Positions 1-11,060 of a DNA stretch of 64,000 bases are shown piece by piece. The position numbers and the translations under genes were made by a program. Below the pieces are notes generated by a model, which made no database searches, was not told the DNA's origin, and was given only the letters and a program-made list of their open reading frames with translations. The DNA lies in assembly GCA_002633005.1 (NCBI GenBank), contig NMRA01000160.1, positions 1 through 64,000 of the forward strand. Direction: 5' to 3'. Position 1 is the first letter of the stretch. Each line of letters starts with the position of its first letter. Source of the DNA: Phoronis australis. Taxonomy: Eukaryota; Animalia; Phoronida.

Positions 1-957
1 TTCTATTTTGAGTTTTCTGCCTTTAAACAGGTGCACACTCATGAAGTTACTTTCCTTTAGTTGACATTTTTTTTGTGATTTAAATATCTTTTCTCTCATA
101 ATATTCTCTTAGTTTAATCGTTCAATCTGCTCTTGCTGCTTGGTTTATTTGTGTACACTCTGTTGTTTCTTTTGTAGAGTTTTCATTTTGCTGTCGGCTG
201 TAGGTCAAAGGTAACTTGTGAGCAATGGATGATCTGCAATGATCGAGAGCTTGATGTCACACATGACCAGTCTGCTCACCCCCCTTCAGAATAACCAGCA
301 CAGTTATTCCTGGCAGAATGGTATGTGTGAAAATTACTTTGGTGTGGTTACGCCTAGTTGTCAAGTTAAATGCAGTAAGCCAGTGAGGGGTTTTTGGTGG
401 ACACCTACTATGCTAAAAAAGAATTGAAAATTTGATGTTCGATTGACTTGCAGCCAATATGTTAGGTCAAACAGAGCTAAACAAATTTTTTAAAATGGAC
501 ATCATAGATATCAATCTAACAGAAAAACTCCCAGTGTGGGGCCAAAATTCTAGTTGAGTGTAATTATATCAAAATCAAATTCCCTTATAGGTACTTAGTA
601 TATTCTCATCAACGGTCTTAGCGGGCTGTATTTCGCTTCTTTAAACCTTTAATTATAACAATGACGACTCAAAGCATTTGTCATCTTATGCTCATGTCAT
701 TAAAATTAGGTAGTAGTGACTTGAATTCCACCCAATGAGCAAAGGGAATTTATATTATATTGTTAATAAGTTCACCCCCAAGTGAAAAAGTCAAGTAACA
801 AATTGAAAAGCGAACTGTAAAACATGTTATCTTTGAATGAATATTAGGTCATTTGGAGGGCTTGATTTCCTTGCAGTTATATTCGTCATATCATTTTCGC
901 ACATAAATTTCTTCAAGTGATTGTTATTTAGATGTGCAGGTCCCTTTGCTATGCTAT

Positions 958-1238
958 GCAACTGTGATAGATATTACACAAAATCCGTACAAACTTCCAA
1001 CCCTGTTTGGCTTCAGATTCAGTTTACTGACTGTGTAACTAGTTGAGAATTGTAGTTATTGCCTTGCAGCCTAACTGTGATCAAAAACTATGTTCAGAGC
1101 AACTTTGATAGATATTACACAAAATCCGTACAAACTTCCAACCCTGTTTGGATTCAGATTCAGTTTACTGACTGTGTAACTAGTTGAGAATTGTAGTTAT
1201 TGCCTTGCAGCCTAACTGTGATCAAGAACTATGTTCAG
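958..1238. repeat. Tandem duplication of a 141-bp unit
   Basis: 958-1098 and 1099-1238 nearly identical. Confidence 0.9.
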
Positions 1239-2120
1239 GTAGTGGTTAAAGTTTCGTCAATTTCTAATTTGATTTGGCTCTGGTGAAATCTTGTCCAAAG
1301 TGATGAAAAAAATTTTAAGTATGAATTGTAAATCACTCAATGTTACATAATTGTATAACATAGAGCTTTTTGACCAGAAGACATAATGTTTTTCTAGAAT
1401 CATTGTAAAATCATGATAGCTGCTGTACTAAATGCTCCCAGTCAAGCATCACCCTATTGCCTTGTGAAAAATCATAAGTGTGCATCCCTTTAATCCAATC
1501 TTCTTTTCAGAAGTCCTCAATTTGTTCTTAGTTTTTACGTAATGAAGTGAAATTGTAGTGACCCTTGATCTGCCTATTGTCACGTGGATGTTGCTATTTT
1601 TGTCTCGTATCCTTGACAATACAACACCAGGCAGTTACACATGCAACACTACGGATGACTCAAGTGCTGCGAAAAGTGGCAGTAAATAAGTTTTACATCT
1701 TATTGTGTTACCGCCTTCTTGGTGTGAATCAGTGTGTTCACCAATTTAACTCACCTTTGGAAATTGAAAAGTTAATATTTGCTGTTCAAAGTGTCTCTGA
1801 AGCTACTGTTTTTATCTTCATTGAAAATTTTGTTTTTGTTTAATATTTCCTTAGTTTGTTGTTAAAATTTCCAGCCAATTTTTATAAGTTGTTATTCACT
1901 GTCATTTCTTACCCCCTGTGTGTGGGGAACTACCATCAGTGAAGCATTCACGTGAGATCACCGCTCTTCCTTGTTTCAGGTAACTGCACATGTGGTGTGG
2001 GTGGCTCCACCCGGTGGGACTTCCTGCAGGGTAAGGGTGCCCTTCAGACACGCCAGGGTCCGCTGCGCTTGGCCGCTTCAAGCAAGGTGTACCGCTGTAA
2101 GCTGCACAAGCGCCTACTGC

Positions 2121-2840
2121 CACAGGCGTCCTCAGCTTCTGATCGTCCCCAATACACTACATATAATACTACAAGGTATGACACTTTCGACCAAAAATTC
2201 CACGGGTGCTTCACTTCAGCCGTCCATAGCAAACATAAAACTCAATAAATTTACACAAAATAGAGGTTCAACAAACCATGAAGAATTGTTCTTTCTCCCA
2301 ATACCATTCACGGTGTCCTGTTCTGGCGACTTCGTAAGAAATTCGTAGTCAAAGAACAAAAATGTTCACAAAAAAACCCGCACACGTCCATCGGTTGCCG
2401 CTCGAGGTCAAGGACGGTACGGAAATTGCCGGTGAGTTACGGAAGTACCGACATCGTGACATTAGACGCTAACAACCTCTCTACGGTCTCTGCTTTACGC
2501 GACCGATGTCGGTACTTCCGTAACTCACCGGCAATTTCCGTACCATCCTTGACCTTGAGCGGCAACCGATGGACGTGTGCGGGGTTTTTTTGTGAACATT
2601 TTTGTTCTTTGACTGCGAATTTCTTACGAAGTCGCCAGAACAGGACACCGTGAATGGTATTGGGAGAAAGAACAATTCTTCATGGTTTGTTGAACCTCTG
2701 TTTTGTGTGAATTTATTGAGTTTTATGTTTGCTATGGACGGCTGAAGTGAAGCACCCCTGGAATTTCTGGTCGGAAGTGTCATACCTTGTAGTATTATAT
2801 GTAGTTTATTGGGAACGATCAGAAGCTGAGGACGCCTGTG
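2121..2840. mobile_element. Foldback-type non-autonomous DNA transposon (about 336-bp arms, 47-bp spacer, 8-bp TSD CCTACTGC)
   Basis: CACAGGCGTCCTCAGC...GCTGAGGACGCCTGTG termini; arms 2121-2456 and 2504-2840 are reverse complements; TSD at 2113-2120 and 2841-2848. Confidence 0.92.
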
Positions 2841-2949
2841 CCTACTGCATCACAAACAGCAGCTGTTGAGTCTGGAACAGGCAAAGAAAAAATATGCTGC
2901 AATGCACAAGAGTGAGTGTATGAAATGCAGTGAAAGGTCTTACATTATC

Positions 2950-4186
2950 GTTCTTTAAAACTTACAACGGAAGAAAGTCAACCGTTTTTCTTCCATTCGA
3001 AGTTTTTATTTCATACAAAACACATTTGCTTCACGACATTTGTTGAATGTCGTTCGCAATTACTATTTTTAAATATTGGTTAGCGCGTCAGGCGAGTTGT
3101 TTACAACATAATTGCCGCGGGTTACGTGAGGATCGGATGAAAGCAGACACTGATAAGAGAGCTGGACTACGTAAACATTGATTTGTTAATGTCAAATTGA
3201 TAACGACTCGGTTGTATCCCAACTGGACGACCTGTCAGTCGGGATACTCATTCCACAGCGCGGGTGCGTAACGGCCCGATACACCTGTAATTACCGATCT
3301 GAAGAGTATTTTTAACTATCCCGTAAATTTCAATCAGCAAAAGCTTGCTTGCTCGCCGGCCATATTGAATCGCTCTTGTCAGAGATTACATAACAATGAA
3401 CGGCTCATGGGTCACCGGCCTAGCTGTGGCCCACGTTCGTGTTCACTGAGTTACGCCTATTCATGGGCGGCGCAGCACTGAAAAAAATGGGCTATAGCCC
3501 CCAGCCCCCCGCTGTGGCGCACCGCCCATAGACTACGGGCGGCGTAGCACTGAAAAAAGTGGGGGGCCATAGCCCCCTCCCCCTAGACCCTTGGCCTTGG
3601 GGTGCGCCGCCCATGCTATTCGGTCACGGCCAAGAAAGAGTTCTCATTTTGTAATCACAAAAACAACCTTAATTGGTTCACCAACGCTGCCCTGTATGCC
3701 AATGGCATCCACAGGTGAAACAGCGTGAATTACGTACCCGGCCTGTTGGAAGCGCCGCAAGAACTAATGCGGTGGGTGATTTCCCTCCAGCGTTGACATA
3801 CAACACACCTGACCTCTTGTGATTAATTTTGAAACTAATCCTGTTAGTCGATAAATCGCTAGGCGTCGCACATATTGGCGTACCTTTTCAAATGTCCTGC
3901 GTTAGAACTGGTCAGCATTCGTAACTTGTTGTTGATATTCCTTTGATGCCTGAATTTTGTACAACAGTTATCGTGTTTCAGATAAACGTATTATTCGAGG
4001 ATTATTACGGGGTATTTTTGAACAAGTGCAATTGCCGATTGAGGGAATATCGACTTGAAATTGATAGTCAGAAATTGTGTGTTATTGTTACCCGGTGCAC
4101 ACTTTGACAAACGATAACGACAATGCCAATGGATCTTTGACATTCTGTATTTGTTACGGAACTTTGATTTCAGGCGAAAGGTAAGA
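2950..4186 (+). promoter_or_regulatory. CpG-enriched putative promoter and candidate non-coding first exon of ADGRV1
   Basis: Visibly higher CpG density than flanks; strong donor AAG|gtaaga at 4181; coding exon 1 starts with an acceptor 2 nt before the ATG, so an upstream exon is needed. Confidence 0.45.
3462..3615. mobile_element. Small GC-rich dimeric MITE, 13-bp TIR CATGGGCGGCGCA, 5-bp TSD CTATT
   Basis: TIRs and flanking CTATT duplication; two internal similar units. Confidence 0.7.
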
Positions 4187-4558
4187 CGAAATGAGACGTG
4201 CTTCTTGAAATGTTTTATTTAGTTTCCTCTGAAGCACAGTGTACGTGAATAAGATGTTTCTTTGGTTATGTGTTTTCTTATTATGCTTGTTGAGGCTGGA
4301 CAGTGCAGCTGAACAGCTGAGTAGTAGGCCTGTAAGTGATGAATTGATTGAAACTGGTAACAGTTTCACTAAATAGCCAGACTAGTAAATTTACGCTTGC
4401 TGTCAAAGTAGTATGCCACTGCCTCATATCCGTGTGAAAATGTCTCAGTTTGTTATTGTTATGTCATAGCCTGACATACTAGTCATCATATCTATTATAA
4501 ATTCAATATGGCTGACTCAGAAAGCTTCATTGGTGACAGGCATTGGCAAACGTCCATA

Positions 4559-5080
4559 CAGGGTGGAGTTCAAAAAAACGCTAGTACCTCGCATGAAAAG
4601 CAAGATCTTGCCATATTTCCCATTGTATTTTCTATGAGAGCATGTCATTTTGGTTAGATTTTTCTCGCAGCGAGATTGCTACTGAACTCTACGCAGGTAT
4701 TTTAAATATAACATATATACTGGGGAACCCAATGTTCGTCCGCCTAAGCATAAAACCGACTTGCTGTTGTACTCACCGAATTATTCCACTTCAAAGTTAT
4801 GATCTGAATAGGATTCGATTTAACTCTCACAGATATACCGCATTCATCGATTCGGAAGTTTTCTTTAATTTGTGCCGAGTTATTTCAAATGTGCACTGCC
4901 TTCGGCAGCCATTTTATTNCAGGGTGGAGTTCAAAAAAACGCTAGTACCTCGCATGAAAAGCAAGATCTTGCCATATTTCACATTGTATTTTCTATGAGA
5001 GCATGTCATTTTGGTTAGATTTTTCTCGCAGCGAGACTGCTACTGAACTCTACGCAGGTATTTTAAATATAACATATATA
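4559..5080. repeat. About 160-bp direct duplication across N 4919 (likely contig overlap)
   Basis: 4559-4719 nearly identical to 4920-5080. Confidence 0.85.
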
Positions 5081-6296
5081 GACTATATAGCCATATTAGT
5101 TAAGAATTTTAAAGCAAAGAGTACTATAGGACCAGTTTATCGAACATTTGTGGAATATATCTTCAACTAAAATATCACTTATCAACGAAAATTGTTTTGT
5201 TTAAGGTAGATATAAAGTTTAGTGACATAATTCTTCAAATGGTTTGCTCTAAACGCGCATCATCAATGAATGGTACAGAAGCACTTAGTTGACTCAATTT
5301 CAGAGAATCCTTGAGGACCAGTTCATCGAACAAGGTCAGAAATGATGGTCAGCTTTTGATGACAATGGTGCTGTAGCTATAAACATATAAAGCTTGAAGT
5401 GTACCAACTATGCTTAAAATGAAGATTGTTTAAACTATGTAATTTTGTTTTTGTTTGGGAGGGATCTTGACAGGGGCCTGCCTGAGGACGACACCTGGCA
5501 GTTCGAAACTACATGTGTTCTAGCGCCGCATAGTCACTGAAAGGACTTCTTCTACTCCTTAAGTCCAAACGAAATCAGTAACATATCGAGCATTGGTCTC
5601 TTATTGTTTTCAATTGCATTAAGAGTTATACATAAAGTTGATTTACACTGTTTTTTTTCTCACAGAGTTATACTGTGAAATGATGAATGTACCATAGCAT
5701 CACCTATTGAGTGGGTTTGCGATCAGTTCACTATGGCTAACTTTCCAGTTCTAAGTGAAGATACTCTGAACATATACTGATCACTGGATGGTTGCAAACA
5801 CTTTCCCCGAGTCTGAAAAAATTCCCTATCCGGGTCTAGAACAAGTCAACCTGTCACTGTTGATGGTTTTGGAGTGTGTTGACTAAAAGTGTAGAACTGA
5901 GAAAGGGTTTATCATTAGTAAGCAACAAAGGTTCAGTATATCTCTTTAAATATTCATTGTCATAAACAGTGGTGACGGATAAAAACTACGTAGTCGTTCT
6001 CTAGGTTTTAGAACACACTGACTATTAAAGTATATCTTAACTATATCAAATAACAAACTTGTTAGCTTTTGTCCCGATTTAATTTTTTTTTAAGTTTCCA
6101 TGTTTGTTGAATTTGTTTAACACGTGTGATAGTAGTATTGAAAGCTTAAGGTTTTAAAGAGCCATTGTAATGTGAAGTGATATTAGACTGCATTTCTGTA
6201 AGTACCTTCATACAATTGAAGCCAAGGTTGTTGGTTGAAAATCAACAACAAGGTCCATCAGAAGAGAAGTATTTAATGCTCAATAGATATTTATTT

Positions 6297-6308
6297 TGTG
6301 TGTGTGTG

Positions 6309-6340
<32 letters not shown>

Positions 6341-6375
6341 TGCGTGCGCGCGCGCGCGCGCGTGCGTGTGTGTGT
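6297..6375. repeat. Compound (TG)n(CGTG)n(CG)n microsatellite
   Basis: Uninterrupted alternating purine-pyrimidine tract. Confidence 0.95.
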
Positions 6376-7204
6376 AGTTATTGTTATCTTGGTCATTGAG
6401 TCTTTAACAGAGTTTTATGGTCGTATCGTATCGTTGCCTTTTTGCTACTAGAATGACAGGCATATATATATGTACTGCCAGAGCTTTCAGATGTAGCGAC
6501 ATTGGCTCATTTTGAGTTACAGGTCTGTGACCTGAATTACATGTGTAAAAAATGGTATTTGTATTGGTATTGTGGGCTAAATTCCACAGTAACACGGCTC
6601 TCATATTCACTGTGCAGTCTGTGCTGACTATGATACAGCCACCAGACTGCTGTGAATAATTTCTTAGCTCTCAGTTGCTTTATTTGTGCCACTGATTGCG
6701 TTAATCTTGTGTAGTATTACCGGTACAAGTACTGGCCATGTTAGGCTAAACTCTCACCCCCGAAATTTCCAATTTTTCATTCCTAAAATAACCCATCCTC
6801 AATTTATTCGATTGACACGTTCTTAGAGGTGAGACTCGTGGGTTTCCATGAGTGCCTGTCTCTCAAGAATTTTAACTCCTAAAATGTACTTGAAACTTGC
6901 TTATGATTTCTGGGTAACAAACAGACCTTGTCATCTTTGTGGTGGAGGGAAAGCTGACAGTTTTCACTGAAGGATATGTGAGGTGAAGTGGATCTTTTGG
7001 CTCATACGCATTCTAGTATCGAACTGGTGTGGAAAAAATGATGAAGGCATTCTCTTGAGTAAATCCAACGTTTGGGTAAATGCCTGTATTTAATCACCCT
7101 GGTGTTAACCTGGACAGGAATGTTATGTTTAAATGTTTGAGGAAATTGTGTCTTCGTTGTTGTCCATCAAGAAAAGTATGTTGTCAGCGTTCCCCATAAC
7201 CTGT

Positions 7205-7390
7205 TTTGACTTGTCGCTGCGTCGAGTTTGAATTTTCCCTAAGCGAGTTTGGCTTGCTTGCGTCAAATTTGAAAACCCATGCAACGAATTTCCAAGACGT
7301 AACACACAAACTCCCCACAATATGGGCACAGACTTTTGAACTTGTAACTCCGGTTGAGTTTGAATTTTCTGTGGTGGAGAACACTGATTT
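7205..7390 (+). repeat. Dispersed repeat shared with about 61228-61461
   Basis: ttttgacttgtcgctgcgtcgagtttga...gaaaacccatgcaacga present at both sites. Confidence 0.75.
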
Positions 7391-9404
7391 TCTAGAAATT
7401 TCCTTCACTGTTGATCTGTGGCAAGAGACAGCCATGAGACTGACTGACCTATATATGTGGATAGGTGATTACACAATATAGCTTCAATCTCTCTTGTCAC
7501 AAAAATATTTCCTTGTGATGTCAAGTACTGGTAATAATACACAAATGTCAAGCAGAGCAATAAACTCTTCTTCTCTGTCATTGTTAGTGTTTCCATAGCA
7601 ATGACCAAGTTTATTTGAGGTCATTGTTGAAACACCTTAACAAGGTCATTCAAGCTAGCTATTCCTTAGTGTAATCTGAGGTGTATTCAGTTTTTGCTTT
7701 TTGGTACACAATTTCCTGAATTTGTCCAAAGGTATCTTGAAGGATCGATTTTTTTTGTATATTCTAATGACACCAAAAATCTTCCATCTGTGATAGGTAT
7801 TCAAGTGTGTGGTAAATTGTCATAAATTTTAGCCAAAAATAATTTCCAAATTAGCCCTTTTTAAGTGCCCACGTATTTATGTGTGTGCATATTGCCGTCA
7901 TCTCTGTCCACTGCACGCGCTCAAACTACTATAGGAAGTAGGCCAGGACTTAGACACCACTGCAAACGGGTGTTTCCTTGTTTTGGTCCTCTCATTCTCA
8001 TTTAGCAACCTGGGAGTTTTACCAGGTCACAAAGCTAAATTTGAGTCAGGTTGTTTGTCTGGTAGACGCTACCTAAATGTTCTGCCCTGATCTTATTTGG
8101 TATGACCGTCGATAAGAAATTGAGCATGGGTCTCGGGCTTTTAGGATGACGTGCCATCTCATTCAGAGCATAAGGATTAGCTCTAGTAATATTGACAAAA
8201 AAGGCTTTAATTGATACGGTATTAATTCGAACTATAATAGCAACATCGTCAAAATTGCTTCCAAAACGTGGGCAAAGTAACATTTTTTGTTTTAAGGTAC
8301 ATAAACTAAAAGTTAATATGAAATTCCTAGAACAAAGTTTCATGTCTAATGCTGCTATAGGTAGGGTGAAATATGGTTTGTTTCTGGCTCTTCAAGACAA
8401 TATGATAAATTTAAAAAATCTCGCTTATTTAGGGCACAATATGACGTACAAGGAAAACTTTTTTTGATATTTCCCTTTAAAGATATATAGCAATAAGGTA
8501 ATGCTTTTACATGTTCAAGGTTTGTACCGTAGCTACCACCAGACAATGGTTTGAAAAATTGTGAACGGTATTCACAACGTTGTTAGAAGCCTTTGAAAGT
8601 AAAAAGTGGCTGTTTCGGTAATTAGTATTGTCCCAAATGGGCAAAATGTTACTGCATATTTATGTTACTGCATATTTATGACATTGTTGCATCACTATAT
8701 CTTGCCGCCTAAGTCATATTTATGTCCTCACCGAAGAAGAAATCACTGTGGCATGCTTCAGACTCTATGTTGCCAAGTTCTTAAGCTCTTTGAACACTAA
8801 AAATTGTTCATTTTCCAATGATCAAGGTGATTCAGGGCTGTTTTGTTCCCACAGAATCAATAGGAAATGGGTGAAACACTCCTCTGTAGATGTAAATAAT
8901 TGATCATTGTTCGTGAAAGATCAGGTATTGATCTTGAGCTTTGTTTACTTGCCTGAAGTGCGGTAGTGGGGTGGAGTGCATGATTCATAGCTGGTCTTTA
9001 AAAATCTGTGTCTGGGCCATCGCTCTGCAGAGTAGAAGCGTGCATATGCCTTGTGGCAGGGCAATTTTTGAGAAAATTCCCCCTCCCTTTGTAGTCACCC
9101 CTCATCAGCTAAGCCTCAAGTAGCAAAGCTAACGTTAATTTGCAGAAGTGATTCTAACCTTGAGGGGGATTATGTAATCATTGGATGGTAGTTTTTTTGG
9201 GTCTGTCGGGGAATTTCGCTATATTTTTGAATAGTTTTTATTTGGGATTGGGGGCAAAAATATGGGGCCTCAGAACCAAGGCATCAAGGGCCCTGTTCTT
9301 CACAACCTTGAGCCATTGTTTCAAAAGTCCTTTAAGTTATGTCACGGAGTCTTGAGCCAAGTTTTGTTGTAGCTTTTTTATTGTGTGCTGCACGTCACAT
9401 CGCA

Positions 9405-9900
9405 CATGGATATTACTGTTTCATTCATCCAGGTCGATTAATAGATGTCAAAAATTATAACTTCTGGAACTTTTTACAGTAAAATCTCCCAAATTTTGAG
9501 TATAAATAGGTAAATAAAACAACATGAATGGATCAACTGAAATTTTCGGATGTAATAACTTCCTTTGTCAACGGAAACAGAAATAAAGTAAAATCAAACA
9601 CTATGCGACAACTGACATTTAAGATATGGTGTAATGAATATGATACATTTTTGCGTAAAAAATTCAGTGATATTAAAGAAGTTTTTATGTTCAATCCATG
9701 AGGTTCTAGTGTATTAAGATTTTACTTTATTTCTGTTTTTATTGAGCTTTTTATTGTTCTCTATACACTAAGAACCTCATGGATTATTTCTGTTTCTGTT
9801 GACGAAGGACGTTATTACATCCGAAAATTTCAGTTGATCCATTCTTGTTGTTTTATTTACCGATTTATATTCTACATTTCGTGAAACAATAGTATCCTTG
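9405..9900. mobile_element. Palindromic MITE-like element
   Basis: Terminal ggatattactgtttca / tgaaacaatagtatcc and internal inverted blocks 9510-9586 vs 9784-9860. Confidence 0.7.
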
Positions 9901-10040
9901 GGAGGATCTGGATCGCCTTATTTAGTTTCAGATTTATTTTCTACCATATTTTGAACAATTTATAATTTCTAAAGGCTCCTATTATTGTTTGAATGCTGAC
10001 ATTTTTTTCAAATTATTATCTATTGGTAGTTACTGTACAG

Positions 10041-10279
10041 GGGTCTGTTCTAACCAATTGTACTAAGCTAAGACAAATCTTAAATTTTAGCAAATTTCAT
10101 AATAAAGATTAAATTCTTCTCAAGACCCTTTCAAAAAGACGCAAGGGGTTGATATACCTAAGTTTTGTCTTAATTTTGACTACCTTGCGGGATGCGAAAT
10201 TTTTAAAATTTGAGATTTGAGACAAATCTTTAAGACTTAAGTCAAAAATGAACTTAAGTCAGTTTCTTGGAACGGGCCC
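10041..10279. mobile_element. PIF/Harbinger-like MITE
   Basis: GGGTCTGTTC / GAACGGGCCC termini flanked by a CAG duplication. Confidence 0.55.
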
Positions 10280-10809
10280 CAGAACTTGAATATTTCAAGG
10301 CACTATTGTGGTACTATTTGTCATTTAAGGACTTTCGACCCTTGATTTGGGGTATCTGAGCCATGTTGGGATTTTTAATGGTGGCTTTCAAACATGTGTG
10401 TCTGACATGAACAGCTGGTCAACATGTGTGTCTGATGTCCACAGCTGTACAGAATTTGTGTCTGCAGTCATAGACCTCTAATGTCAGTTTTGCTTTTTCT
10501 TAAAATTTTCACTTACTCCTTATATGCTGTAGATTATATGGTAAAGTGAAGTCTAACATATTATGGCCATTAACTTTTAACAAACAAAGTCATGTGTAAC
10601 ATCTGTTTGCCACATATTACAGGGATTTTATGGTAGTTGCTGTTGTAGATTTTACGGTAATCAATCTTGCTGATAGAGAGGCTCCTACACCCAAAAGCCA
10701 CACTATATTTTGCACGTAGTGTTCTTTTTCCTGTTATTATGACAGATCTGCCTGTATACAAACTTCCAAAAACTGTCCACTGATATTTTTCATCATATCG
10801 CTGATGTTT

Positions 10810-11060
10810 ACATTATTATCATTATCATAATTATTATTATTATTGTTTTCATAATTATTATTATTATTATTATTATTAATATTATCATAATTATTATTAA
10901 TATTGTTATTATTATTATTATTAATATTATCATAATTGTTATTAATATTGTTGTTATTATTAATAATATTATCATAATTATTAATATTATTATTAATAAT
11001 AATAATATCATAATTATTATTAATATTATTATTAGTAGTAATATTATTATTATTATGATA
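10810..11060. repeat. Degenerate (ATT)n low-complexity tract
   Basis: Direct inspection; source of spurious poly-N and poly-I ORFs. Confidence 0.95.

Noticed and set aside
2121-2840. RAG/Transib-like element suggested by CACAG termini
   Set aside because: TSD is 8 bp rather than the 5 bp of Transib/RAG-like transposons, and there is no CACAGTG heptamer or transposase
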